43,408 bases of DNA from Verrucomicrobiota bacterium (GCA_033762115.1 JANRLX010000036.1:1-43408); one strand, 5' to 3'. Counted from the first letter of the stretch, positions 1-8,939 are shown. The notes: a model not told the origin generated them from the letters alone. Translations and numbers: made by a program.

Positions 1-2947
1 ACAATTGCCCCTGCACACTCGACATCGCCGCTTGCTGCTGGGCGATCTGCTGGACGTTTCGCCGAAGGTCGTACATCGCCTGGTTGCTTGGATCAAATTT
101 GATTGCCGTGTCCACAATCATCAAAGCTTCCGGCGAACGACTCAGGTTCACCAGCAACTGCACATATTTGTACACCGCTTCCGGGCTGTATGGGCAATAG
201 GCAAACGATTGCTTAAACGCAAACTCCGCCTCCTTGAACATCCGCGCATTTTCCTGCGGTGATTTTGAATTGCCGATCCGCCAGAAATAAATCCCCCCAA
301 TCGCGCTCCGCAATTTCGAAAACGCCTTCTGCGCGTTGTCATCCCGGACAAACTTCGGGTCCGCCGTGGAATTGACGAAATCCCGTCTCAGGTAAACCCG
401 CTCCGCGAAATCACAAATTTCCTTCACCGTCGTGTCATAAGTGATCCAGTTGCCGATCAATCGCTCCGAATATTTGCTCCAGAACTCATGGTCCTTGTCC
501 ACCATTTCCTGGGTGATTTCCGGCAGCGGCTGCCGGTTGATTTTCAGGATGATCCCAAACGGCGACAGATACGGATACATCCAGTCCAGCGGAAAGCTTT
601 CCTCTAGGAAAAATTCATGCTCCGGATTTTTATCGAAAATGTCCTTCGTCAATAATCCATTGATCGCCATCACCGCCACCTGCCCCTGCACCGAAATCTT
701 GTCCCCCACCAATCGCACATCCTCCCCCGGCTTGATCTGCTTCGGCTCATTCGGAAATTGCAAATCATGCTGCAACCGCATCTGCGCGTCCCGGATGTAA
801 GTCTCAAACGCCTTCCCCGAATCCTCCGGCGTCGGTGTCTTGATTTCCTTCGGTGGATAAACTCCCTTTGCACGGCGCTGCGCTTCCACCTTGGCGCCAA
901 GTGATGTAAAAAACCGGTCCACCGGCACGAACATCTTCGCCAGCAGATTTGTCCGCCCCGCTTCCTGTTCCTTCTTCGTGCGGAAAAAATTCACGAAAAA
1001 CGGCGGGTCCACCTGGGTGCTGCGATTGTAATGCGCCCGGATATAACTCAGGTACGTCCCATCCGCCAATGCGTTCTGGGTAATGATATAAACATCCCGC
1101 CGGTCAAATTTCGGGTCCCTCTTTTTCGAAGGAGGAGTGAAGCTCTCGCAAAAGATCATGTAAGTCGGGTTGAACCGCCCCGGGTCCGTGCCGCCAAACA
1201 AAATCGCATCCTTCGTCATCTCCGGGTAAACGCCATACGGTGGCGTGAACATATCGTGACCGAACCAATACCCAAACAAATGCCCCCGCTGCTCATTGTC
1301 CGCCCAGTGAGACATGATCGAATGCGCTGGCATCAGCGCGAACAACGCCAGCAGCGAGCCCATCTTGATCTCTGTCCTGAAAGTCAGGAACAATCCCACC
1401 GCCCAAATCGCCAGTGTGCATGCAAACAAGGAGTTGAACCGGTCCAGGTCGAACTTGCTTTCAGAAGCAAGCGCCGCGTAAATCGCCACCCCTAACGCTA
1501 TCGCGCTCCCCCACAACAACCACTGCCTGTACTTCGCATACTGCGTTGCAACCATTGCCCCAATCAACGAAAGGCCGTAGCCAATCGCGATTGAAACCAC
1601 AACATGGGATGCTGTAAAAAAGACGCGTGACTGCTCACGGCTTTGCCGGTCCACCGAGGGGTTCAACAACACCAGCAGCAGGATCGCAAGGCAGAGGTAA
1701 ATCGCACTCAACCCGATCAGCCACGCCCGCTCACGTTTCTGTAATCGTTTGAAAAAGAAAAAGGGAATCAACCCGATCACCAGGAAAACAAAATTATATT
1801 CTTCCACCGCCCCCTGGATGTACATCCCGATCTGGTCAATGAATTTCCCAAGATCCGAAGTGGGATTTGTTTTATCATATTGCCCACGCGTCAGGGCATG
1901 GACAAATCCCTCTTCCGTCCGCGGATATCCCCAGTTCATCGGCGGATTGGTCATCGAGGCAATCGGCATGTAAAAATAGAACAGCGCCCCAACCAGCCAT
2001 GCTGCCGCGCTTAAAAGCAGCGGCTTCCACTCGGTCAGGATCTTTTGCGTTGTAAAAAACCCCCAACCCGCTGCGATGATCGAGCCGATCCCCACCGTAT
2101 GATAAATCATCTTCAAACCCGCGTTGCCCGAGATTGAAGTCAGCATGTCCCATTTGAACATCGCCACCAAACCCAGCAGGTAAACCACGCTGTTGCCCAG
2201 GAAAAGGTCCCGTCCCAGCCTCCGGTTCGCCGCCATGATCGCCACTTCCAGACCCATGGTCGCCACGATCAACGTCTGATGGTTCGTGAAACAGATCCCA
2301 AACAAAAACCAGGTCCAGTAAAGAAACTTCGTCTGCTTCGGTGCATACATCCAGCGCAACAGGCACGCCAGCACCCCCATCAATGAAAGCACGCTCAAGG
2401 TATATACCTCCACAATGACCGCCTGCGACCACATGAACCCGTTGAACCCCAGCAGCATCCCCGCGACAAACCCCGACACCAGGCACAACGCCGTTTCCAG
2501 CTTCTTCTCCAGGTTCTTTAACTCCTCAATCCCCTCCAGCATCATGCTGCTGCCGCGGCTGACGATCAGCGCCAGCAATCCACAGGAAAATGCCGCCGCC
2601 ACCGCTGACGACATCGCCACCCGGTAAGCAATGTTCGACACCGGGAAAAGCACCGTGAACAGCCAGGTGTAAATCGTCCATACCGGGTAACCAGGCGGGT
2701 GAGGAACACCTGCATACATCGATCCCACTGCCAGCTCCCCCGAATCTTCCAGCGTCAGGTCAGGCGCCAGGGTCAGCACATAACCGATTAAAACACAGAT
2801 CGTCGTGACCAGCGCGGCGATCCAATCCACCTTCCGGAAAAGGTTTGGAACCCGCTCTACACTTTCCGGCGCATTTCCCCCTTTCCCAGGTTGAGGGCTT
2901 GCCGCTTTGTTGTCCGTCTTCGCTGCTTTGGATTGATCGCTGCTCAT
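1..2947 (-). CDS. DUF2723 (TMEM260/GT117-like) multi-pass membrane protein with C-terminal TPR-like region; 3' end lies outside the window
   Basis: ATG at 2947; translation includes LAPDLTLEDSGELAVGSMYAGVPHPPGYP and many TM segments; frame spot-checked as consistent at ~583 (WMYPY); absent from ORF track because there is no stop in the window. Confidence 0.85.
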   Translation of the reverse strand, partial: MSSDQSKAAKTDNKAASPQPGKGGNAPESVERVPNLFRKVDWIAALVTTICVLIGYVLTLAPDLTLEDSGELAVGSMYAGVPHPPGYPVWTIYTWLFTVLFPVSNIAYRVAMSSAVAAAFSCGLLALIVSRGSSMMLEGIEELKNLEKKLETALCLVSGFVAGMLLGFNGFMWSQAVIVEVYTLSVLSLMGVLACLLRWMYAPKQTKFLYWTWFLFGICFTNHQTLIVATMGLEVAIMAANRRLGRDLFLGNSVVYLLGLVAMFKWDMLTSISGNAGLKMIYHTVGIGSIIAAGWGFFTTQKILTEWKPLLLSAAAWLVGALFYFYMPIASMTNPPMNWGYPRTEEGFVHALTRGQYDKTNPTSDLGKFIDQIGMYIQGAVEEYNFVFLVIGLIPFFFFKRLQKRERAWLIGLSAIYLCLAILLLVLLNPSVDRQSREQSRVFFTASHVVVSIAIGYGLSLIGAMVATQYAKYRQWLLWGSAIALGVAIYAALASESKFDLDRFNSLFACTLAIWAVGLFLTFRTEIKMGSLLALFALMPAHSIMSHWADNEQRGHLFGYWFGHDMFTPPYGVYPEMTKDAILFGGTDPGRFNPTYMIFCESFTPPSKKRDPKFDRRDVYIITQNALADGTYLSYIRAHYNRSTQVDPPFFVNFFRTKKEQEAGRTNLLAKMFVPVDRFFTSLGAKVEAQRRAKGVYPPKEIKTPTPEDSGKAFETYIRDAQMRLQHDLQFPNEPKQIKPGEDVRLVGDKISVQGQVAVMAINGLLTKDIFDKNPEHEFFLEESFPLDWMYPYLSPFGIILKINRQPLPEITQEMVDKDHEFWSKYSERLIGNWITYDTTVKEICDFAERVYLRRDFVNSTADPKFVRDDNAQKAFSKLRSAIGGIYFWRIGNSKSPQENARMFKEAEFAFKQSFAYCPYSPEAVYKYVQLLVNLSRSPEALMIVDTAIKFDPSNQAMYDLRRNVQQIAQQQAAMSSVQGQL

Positions 2948-2952
2948 TAGCT

Positions 2953-3327
2953 TCAATGAATGATCGTGTTCGTCACGAATCCTAAAAATGAGTTCCTACT
3001 AGAGGGTGAACCGTTGCCGATTGTCCATTCCAAAGTCGTCACAGGCACCGAGTTCTGCGCCGTGTGAAACGAAGCCCCAGCAAATTCCACCATCGCTCTA
3101 TTGGTCGCATCACGCGCCTCTCCGATCATGGGCTGGCGCGTGTTCAGGCTCGACACCGCCAAGAGAAAACAACCCATCGCAGGCAGCAGCCAATGCGACA
3201 ATCCACCCATTCCCCATCGCGAGGGCGACTCAACCGGCCCGGAGAAAAGCCTGTTTGCCAATCGCTTCGATGGCTCTCTCAGCCGCCATTCCTTCATCTG
3301 CTTCTCGATCAATTCCACTTCGTTCAT
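2953..3327 (-). CDS. Hypothetical single-TM protein, probable anti-sigma partner of the adjacent ECF sigma factor
   Basis: Overlaps sigma 3' end; central hydrophobic segment WLLPAMGCFLLAVSSL. Confidence 0.55.
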   Translation of the reverse strand: MNEVELIEKQMKEWRLREPSKRLANRLFSGPVESPSRWGMGGLSHWLLPAMGCFLLAVSSLNTRQPMIGEARDATNRAMVEFAGASFHTAQNSVPVTTLEWTIGNGSPSSRNSFLGFVTNTIIH

Positions 3328-3817
3328 ACAATTCCTTCTCTGTCAGGCATGCCCGCAATTTCTGCATGCCATACCGATACCGCCCCGCCGCTGTGTTCTG
3401 CGAAATCTCCAGCAACTCACCCAACTCCTCAAAAGTCAGCCCATGCCAAACCTTCAGCACGATCACTTCCTGCTGCTCCTTCGGCAGTTTCGCCAGGCAA
3501 TCCATCGCCTGTCGCTCCGCGCCCGTCTCACTCTCCCGTTCTTCAAACCAGGCCAGCGACTCGAACTCCCTGGCCACCCTTCGCCAAAAGCTTCTCTTGT
3601 AATTCGCCGCTCGATGCCGATAAGCGCGAATGCAATAATGATCCGGTTGCCGGGGCGCTCCCTCCAGCTTCATTAACGCCACGAAGGTTTCCTGCAGCAC
3701 ATCCTCCGCCTCACTGTGGCTCAGCCCCAGCGCCCGACCATACAAAAGCAGTTCCCTCCCCTTGCGATGATAAATTTCCTCGCACCAACTTCTCGATGAA
3801 CTGCCTGTTTGGTCCAT
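3230..3817 (-). CDS. ECF (sigma-70 family) RNA polymerase sigma factor
   Basis: Region 2 AEDVLQETF and region 4 LPKEQQEVIVLKVWHGLTFEELGELLEISQNTAAGRYRYG; ATG at 3817 (the longer track ORF runs antisense through the tRNA). Confidence 0.9.
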   Translation of the reverse strand: MDQTGSSSRSWCEEIYHRKGRELLLYGRALGLSHSEAEDVLQETFVALMKLEGAPRQPDHYCIRAYRHRAANYKRSFWRRVAREFESLAWFEERESETGAERQAMDCLAKLPKEQQEVIVLKVWHGLTFEELGELLEISQNTAAGRYRYGMQKLRACLTEKELYERSGIDREADEGMAAERAIEAIGKQAFLRAG

Positions 3818-3988
3818 GCTTACAACGGATAGACACCTGCCCGGGACTGATTTGTATAAAGAGTATACTCCCTTTTGAAAATTCATTTCTCTTTCCGCCT
3901 CACAACAAACCTCCTGGAACCAGAGAATCCCATGTAGAAACCTTTTGACAAACAGCCCATCCACCTCCAAATTTTCGACCCACTGGAT

Positions 3989-4064
3989 GGGGTCGTAGCT
4001 CAGTTGGTAGAGCACCACAATGGCATTGTGGGGGTCAGGGGTTCGAATCCCCTCGGCTCCACCA
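3989..4064 (+). tRNA. tRNA-Ala (anticodon GGC)
   Basis: 76 nt; acceptor GGGGTCG/CGGCTCC with G3:U70; anticodon arm CCACA-ATGGCAT-TGTGG; GTTCGAATCC T-loop; encoded CCA. Confidence 0.97.
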
Positions 4065-4065
4065 T

Positions 4066-4096
4066 CCTTCGCTTCAGCTAAGGATCCCGCGCCGTA
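4066..4096. repeat. Left half of a REP-like palindrome split by the prophage; ends in target duplication CCGTA (4092-4096)
   Basis: CCTTCGC-TTCA-GCTA pairs with TAGC-A-TGAA-GT-GCGAAGG at 42575-42592. Confidence 0.75.
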
Positions 4097-4107
4097 AAAC
4101 ACAGGCG

Positions 4108-4302
4108 AAAAAGATGGCGAAACGAGAAGTGGCTTGATTTACCTCGGAAAGCCTTGATTTGACGGAACTTACCCCAGAGAAGCAAACCGCGAGCAAATCG
4201 CGGAATTAAATGGCGAATCGCGAAGTTTGAACCCCGATTTCCCGTTTTGAATCGCGAAATTTCGCGGAATTAAATGGCGAGAGAACGGGAAAATAAATGG
4301 CG
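4108..4302 (+). repeat. Left-end transposase-binding sites (L1, ~75 bp spacer, L2, L3, partial L4)
   Basis: AAAAAGATGGCGAAACGAGAA (4108), AATTAAATGGCGAATCGCGAA (4204), AATTAAATGGCGA (4268), AAATAAATGGCG (4291); inverted copies at the right end. Confidence 0.85.
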
Positions 4303-4306
4303 GCAA

Positions 4307-4501
4307 TCACTTTGCAGAGGCTTTGCAAGCCTCCGCAGCGGCCTTGTTCAACGAGTCTATCACCCAATCGCTTAGTTTCCCTTTTTTCGCAGCTCGCACC
4401 CAGGAGGCTTTGTCAGATTGTTTGCAACGGACGTGCAGGAAGGATGCGGCTCGGTCAGATTCGGGCTTCGCAGCGTTTTGATTATTTTCTGGGGCAGCCA
4501 T
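4307..4501 (-). CDS. Small putative ribbon-helix-helix DNA-binding protein
   Basis: Strand-helix-helix pattern FLHVRC..DKASWVRAA..KLSDWVIDSLNKAA. Confidence 0.55.
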   Translation of the reverse strand: MAAPENNQNAAKPESDRAASFLHVRCKQSDKASWVRAAKKGKLSDWVIDSLNKAAAEACKASAK

Positions 4502-4518
4502 TTTTTGATTGGTCCGGG

Positions 4519-4542
4519 CTGCCCTCCCTTGCGGGAGGGCAG
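4519..4542. other. Perfect 10-bp stem-loop between two small genes
   Basis: CTGCCCTCCC-TTGC-GGGAGGGCAG (GCAA tetraloop on the - strand); no clear U-tract. Confidence 0.6.
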
Positions 4543-4553
4543 TTGCGGAAAAA

Positions 4554-4775
4554 TCAGGCCTGCTTACCGAGGTAGCTCACTCCGGTAATGGTCAGGAGCG
4601 AAAGCATGTGAGCGAGGCATTCATTATCAACCCAAGTCACATGGGAGCTGGCAATGAAAAGACGGGAGGCATCATCAATGCGGTATGATCGCCCATCGGC
4701 GGTCTTGAGATCGAAGGGAATTCCTTCTCGTGCTGCTGTTTCGATTACGTTTTTTGTCATACTAACTTTCGGCAT
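4554..4775 (-). CDS. Small hypothetical protein (73 aa)
   Basis: ORF directly downstream of a consensus-like promoter. Confidence 0.6.
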   Translation of the reverse strand: MPKVSMTKNVIETAAREGIPFDLKTADGRSYRIDDASRLFIASSHVTWVDNECLAHMLSLLTITGVSYLGKQA

Positions 4776-4817
4776 TCCCAGTTCCGCTGGGGCGGTTTGT
4801 CATTGATTGACGCGATC

Positions 4818-4845
4818 AAATTACCATCCCTGTTTGAATTGTCAA
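4818..4845 (-). promoter_or_regulatory. sigma70-like promoter for the left-end two-gene cassette
   Basis: TTGACA-N16-TAATTT with TGG extended -10 and AT-rich upstream tract. Confidence 0.6.
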
Positions 4846-5249
4846 CACGAAATAATTAGTTTATTTTTTTTTGGGGGGGGGCAGGAATTGGGGTCGGAGC
4901 GGAAGGCGAGGAATTGGCGGAGGGAGGAAAGGGACACCTGCAGTGACCGGGCACCGGGTCCGGATCGGCGGGAAGCAAGGAGCGGGCGACGAGAATCCGG
5001 GAAACAGCGGCGGGTCAATCGCCAGGCGGACAGGTGGGAAACGTTGAGAATGCGGGCAGCTTCATGAATAGAGATCCAATTGTCTTCCGGGACCAGGAGA
5101 AACGAACCGTCCTTGAGGTGCTGCAGTGAAGCGAACGACGAAGCAGGAATGGGCAGGGAACGGCCGGAGTGCGGTCGCAGGACAAGCTTGCCATTGGGGG
5201 CGAGGTAAATCGCTCCCAGGCACTCCTGAACTGTGGCGGGCCGGGTCAT
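4842..5249 (-). CDS. Excisionase/MerR-type HTH protein, candidate late-gene activator
   Basis: WISIHEAARILNVSHLSAWRL motif; ATG 5249 overlaps upstream stop; last gene of the early arm. Confidence 0.6.
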   Translation of the reverse strand: MTRPATVQECLGAIYLAPNGKLVLRPHSGRSLPIPASSFASLQHLKDGSFLLVPEDNWISIHEAARILNVSHLSAWRLTRRCFPDSRRPLLASRRSGPGARSLQVSLSSLRQFLAFRSDPNSCPPPKKNKLIISC

Positions 5250-5887
5250 GCGCAAATTTGGAGGATAAATGCCTTCGCCTTGAGAACATCGATGCGATGA
5301 TGAAACTCCAAGGCAAAGCAGACATCCTTGGGGAACGCCTTGAGCAAAACCAGCATGTCTCGTTCGACCTCTTTTACTGAGAGTGGCTTGCCGGGGCGGT
5401 TCGGTTCCCAATCGGTTGAAACCTCAAAAAACTCGGCCCCTTTGTAGGCGTGGCCTGGAAACGGCACATACACGTCGAGACTGGACGCATCCCAACGCTC
5501 TGACGGGGTGTGCCAGCGGATGGGGCCTATGGTTGTCTCGACAAAGCGCAGCAGCACAGTGCCGGAACCGTTGCATTTCCGGCACGTCTCACCATAGTTT
5601 AAGAGGCAATCCTCATACTCCTCGTTACTGTACCAATAAGCCCGATCGCTAACCCATGTGCCAGTGCCGCCACACACTCGGCAGGGTTTTTTAACGGCCA
5701 CTCGGCGAAGGTTTATCTGCCACTGTTTGCTTGCGGAAAGAATCGCTTTGGTCTTGGTCCAGTAGATTACTGGCTCGAGTTTTGACTGAAGCAGCCAGGC
5801 TCTTTGGTTACGCGCCCGAACCCATGAGTTCAGGCGATCCAGCGCGAAAAGCGGTGTCCAGAAAGGAGAGTGGGCGATGGTGGTCAT
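5246..5887 (-). CDS. Hypothetical protein with DnaJ-type zinc-finger motifs
   Basis: CRVCGGTG and CRKCNGSG. Confidence 0.65.
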   Translation of the reverse strand: MTTIAHSPFWTPLFALDRLNSWVRARNQRAWLLQSKLEPVIYWTKTKAILSASKQWQINLRRVAVKKPCRVCGGTGTWVSDRAYWYSNEEYEDCLLNYGETCRKCNGSGTVLLRFVETTIGPIRWHTPSERWDASSLDVYVPFPGHAYKGAEFFEVSTDWEPNRPGKPLSVKEVERDMLVLLKAFPKDVCFALEFHHRIDVLKAKAFILQICA

Positions 5888-5888
5888 G

Positions 5889-6140
5889 TCAGTTACGCGC
5901 CTGGCCGAGGGCAGCCCGTTCTCTATTGACTTGAATAATTTCAGAACGGATCGCATGCAGGGCTGCGATTGCTTCCGCTCCTGGCAACATCGAAACCTCT
6001 TCCATCCGCACCAAAAGACTGAGAGCGCCAGCAAAAAAAGCCTGATTGCATTCCTTATTTTGGAGATCGCTCGTGCCGCCTGGATAAACCTGGTCGCGAT
6101 AGTTTTTCCACTCGTTTTGAAATGAGTATTTTGAATCCAT
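5889..6140 (-). CDS. Phage hypothetical protein
   Basis: Tightly packed operon ORF. Confidence 0.6.
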   Translation of the reverse strand: MDSKYSFQNEWKNYRDQVYPGGTSDLQNKECNQAFFAGALSLLVRMEEVSMLPGAEAIAALHAIRSEIIQVNRERAALGQARN

Positions 6141-6142
6141 GA

Positions 6143-6622
6143 TTAAAATGGTTGGAGGTCGCGGGCGGGTTTTTGTTTGGATTTGAGAGTGCGTTCGAGT
6201 GCGGCTTTGTACTTCCAGTTGCGGCCACCGATTTTCGATTGAATGGCGAAGAAATAACCGTTGCCGAGGCCGTGCTGATGCAGTTCCGCCTCCAGCCGTT
6301 CCAGCTCCAGGCTGAGGGCGGCGTTGGAAAAACGGTCGCGGCTCGTTTCGCGATCGGAATTCTTGCGCTGCCAGTAGCTGCGCCGCTGAAAGACCGTGTT
6401 TTTCGGTGAGTGAGACAGTTCCTGTTGATCGACCTTGCGCCAGAAAATCGCCTCGAAATAGGCCATAATCCGGTCGAAATGGCGGTCGGTCAGGCCCGGA
6501 TCGGTGCTGGAGGAGACGCCAAAACCGAGTTCCTCGCAGAGGGCGTGTCGATAATCAGTATCCGAAATGGCCGCTTCCCGTTGGGCCATCTTGACCAGCT
6601 TTTTTTGTTGATTACTGAGCAT
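6143..6622 (-). CDS. gemA: GemA / Mu gp16 (DUF1018)-like regulatory protein
   Basis: KLVKMAQREAAISDTDYRHAL...SSSTDPGLTDRHFDRIMAYF matches the gp16 N-terminal pattern; Mu-like context. Confidence 0.7.
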   Translation of the reverse strand: MLSNQQKKLVKMAQREAAISDTDYRHALCEELGFGVSSSTDPGLTDRHFDRIMAYFEAIFWRKVDQQELSHSPKNTVFQRRSYWQRKNSDRETSRDRFSNAALSLELERLEAELHQHGLGNGYFFAIQSKIGGRNWKYKAALERTLKSKQKPARDLQPF

Positions 6623-6623
6623 C

Positions 6624-7115
6624 TTAAAACAGCTCCTTTTGCGCGGTTTTCCGTGTTGCTTTGCTGGCAGTGCGGTTCCGCCGCTGGATGGTTTTCAAAC
6701 TCGAATAAACGTTGGCAAGAATTTCGGTGTGGCTGGCTTCGCGGACGGCTTCGACTATGCGGACGCCTTGCACAAGCTTTGCAATTTTTGGTTTGAGCTT
6801 TTTTGCCTCGGCATTGAGCTTGTCGGCCCGTTGGCTGAGGTGGCGACCGATTGCGCCATCCAGGTAAAGGGGGAGATACTCGATCACCGCGTTGCTGGCC
6901 TTGATTTCATTGAGCAGCTTCATGATGGCGTGAAGGATCGCCTGCGCCTCGAATTCCCAGCCGCGCTGATGACATTCGTAACCGTAACGGGCGACCGCTT
7001 TCATGAGCGCCTGGCGGTCACGGAGGAACTCGCGCGGCTGATCGGAATACCATTGGTTCCGGATCGCGTTCAGGACCGTATCAAGCAGCTCTGCGATGGT
7101 GGCTTCCGGGGTCAT
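6624..7115 (-). CDS. Phage hypothetical helical protein
   Basis: ATG at 7115 overlapping the methylase stop. Confidence 0.6.
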   Translation of the reverse strand: MTPEATIAELLDTVLNAIRNQWYSDQPREFLRDRQALMKAVARYGYECHQRGWEFEAQAILHAIMKLLNEIKASNAVIEYLPLYLDGAIGRHLSQRADKLNAEAKKLKPKIAKLVQGVRIVEAVREASHTEILANVYSSLKTIQRRNRTASKATRKTAQKELF

Positions 7116-8359
7116 AATTGCAATCCAGCTTGGCGGGTGCGCCGCTCGATCATCGGCAGATAATCCGGGTTCAGTTCGATCCCGACAAAACGTCGGCCCA
7201 GTTCCAACGCCACCTCCCCGGTCGTGCCGCTGCCGGTGAATGGATCGAGGACCAGGCAAGGCCGTGTTTCGGAATCGCACTTGCAAACTCGCTTCCAACC
7301 AACCGTGATTCGCTCCCGCATCCCGGCGAGAATTCGGGCTTTGATCGCGCTGGGGTCCTGCGCTTTGGCAGATGCGTAATCCTTGCGCGCTGCGCCGTGA
7401 TACTCCCCATTCAGATCGCCGCCGCATTGCCGTTGATGTTCGAGATTGGGCTTGCGTTTTTTTCTGATGATTCTTCGCAACGGTGCGCCGCATTCCACAC
7501 AGCAACCTCCACCACTGGTTCCAGCGAGAATGCAGGGCTTGATCAAGTCTGGTGGGTAAGTGGCAAAATGAGCATCGTGAAAACAGAAAGCGGGAACGGT
7601 CCAAACGGTTCGTTTGTTGCGCGTGCCGACAAAGTCCTTAAGCGCTGCACTAAAGCTCGGGTTCTGTTTATTTTTCCCCCGGCCATTTTTATGAAAATTT
7701 CCGTGCCCTCCCTCCCCCTTTGAAATGTCCCAGTTTTTCGGAATATTTGGCACGGCAGCTTTCGGGTTCACTCCATTGCCACGGCTGTGAGCATTGCCGG
7801 TAACGGGATCCTTGATTGCTTCCGCGTCGTAGAAATAGTCCTCACTTTTGGTCAGCAGAAAAATGTATTCATGAGATTTCGTGGGACGATCGGAGATACT
7901 TTCGGGCATGGGGTTTGGCTTGTGCCAGATGATGTCCGAACGCAGGTACCATCCATCGGCCTGCAATGCCAGGGCAATGCGCCACGGCATGCCCATTAAA
8001 TCCTTCCGCTTAAAACCGCCAGGTGGTTTCCTGCTTCCAACCGGCACGTATTCATACGCACGCCTTTCAGTCTGAAAAGACCCGCCGTACCCCTTGCCAC
8101 TCCCGGCGTAAGTATCCCCTAGATTGATCCAGCACGTCCCATCATGGCGCAATACCCGTCGCACTTCCTGGAAGACCGCGACCATTTTGTCGATATACTC
8201 CCAGGGCGATTCCTCCAGCCCGATTTGTCCAGCAACCCCGTAATCGCGCAGCCCAAAGTAGGGCGGTGAGGTGACGCAGCATTGCACCGATTCATCCGGC
8301 AGCTCGCGCAGTCGATCCAGACAATCGCCTAACAGAATGGTGCAAAGTTTGGAGTTCAT
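7112..8359 (-). CDS. Orphan beta-class N4-cytosine/N6-adenine DNA methyltransferase
   Basis: TSPPY catalytic motif precedes DPFTGSGTT SAM-binding motif; IIWHKPN and HFATYP motifs. Confidence 0.92.
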   Translation of the reverse strand: MNSKLCTILLGDCLDRLRELPDESVQCCVTSPPYFGLRDYGVAGQIGLEESPWEYIDKMVAVFQEVRRVLRHDGTCWINLGDTYAGSGKGYGGSFQTERRAYEYVPVGSRKPPGGFKRKDLMGMPWRIALALQADGWYLRSDIIWHKPNPMPESISDRPTKSHEYIFLLTKSEDYFYDAEAIKDPVTGNAHSRGNGVNPKAAVPNIPKNWDISKGEGGHGNFHKNGRGKNKQNPSFSAALKDFVGTRNKRTVWTVPAFCFHDAHFATYPPDLIKPCILAGTSGGGCCVECGAPLRRIIRKKRKPNLEHQRQCGGDLNGEYHGAARKDYASAKAQDPSAIKARILAGMRERITVGWKRVCKCDSETRPCLVLDPFTGSGTTGEVALELGRRFVGIELNPDYLPMIERRTRQAGLQL

Positions 8360-8366
8360 GAGCGGT

Positions 8367-8939
8367 TCAGAATTTGAGCGATCCATTCCGCGATTGCGGG
8401 GCATAAAGCGTTTCCCGCAGCGAAAGCCTCCGCAGTGTGCCGAAGGCGGGGGCTGGAGGTTGTGGCTCGCTTCGTGACACGGCTGGAAGCCATGCGCCGA
8501 TGAGTTGATGGAGTTCATCGCGCATTTTCCGGACGTTCGACTTGAAGGTGGGTTTCGTGTGGCAAAGGTTGGCCACCACCTTTCGCGCGTGGCGGACGGA
8601 ATCCGGATGCAGCCCGAAAAGAGGAGCGACTTGCGCGTCCCGCAACGGCCTAAACTCTTGCAGGAAGATCATCGCGAGGCTGCGGGCCTCGGCTTCTGCC
8701 TGCCGACGGGACCGGCTGTGCGTTTGGAGGATCACATGACGATCGATGTCGTAGGCCGTCGAGAGATAATCGACGATGATGTCGCGCAATTCCTGGTCGG
8801 ACTTGCGGCCTGCAACTTCGGTGACGGTGAGGCGAACGCCGATGGGTTGGAAGAGAGAGTCGTAGCGGGTGAGGAGCGCGGCCAGTTCGTCGATGAATTT
8901 TTGGCGGTCCGAGCTGCGGTAAGGGAGCGGAGTGGTCAT
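8367..8939 (-). CDS. Protein with DnaA domain IV (Bac_DnaA_C)-like HTH
   Basis: IIVDYLSTAYDIDRHVILQTHSRSR..AEARSLAMIFLQEF..LRDAQVAPLFGLHPDSVRHARKVV parallels the DnaA C-terminus; start could be 9062. Confidence 0.7.
   Translation of the reverse strand: MTTPLPYRSSDRQKFIDELAALLTRYDSLFQPIGVRLTVTEVAGRKSDQELRDIIVDYLSTAYDIDRHVILQTHSRSRRQAEAEARSLAMIFLQEFRPLRDAQVAPLFGLHPDSVRHARKVVANLCHTKPTFKSNVRKMRDELHQLIGAWLPAVSRSEPQPPAPAFGTLRRLSLRETLYAPQSRNGSLKF

Noticed and set aside
3989..4064. tRNA as attB for integrase-mediated integration
   Set aside because: No duplicated tRNA 3' end at the right boundary and no tyrosine or serine integrase; ends are transposon-like
3818..4102. Long N-terminal extension of the sigma ORF
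   Set aside because: It is the antisense reading of the tRNA and its upstream region
4199..4302. CRISPR mini-array
   Set aside because: Irregular spacing, degenerate copies and inverted copies at the far end fit transposase sites; no cas genes
7112..8359. Restriction-modification system
   Set aside because: No adjacent endonuclease; orphan phage methylases are common
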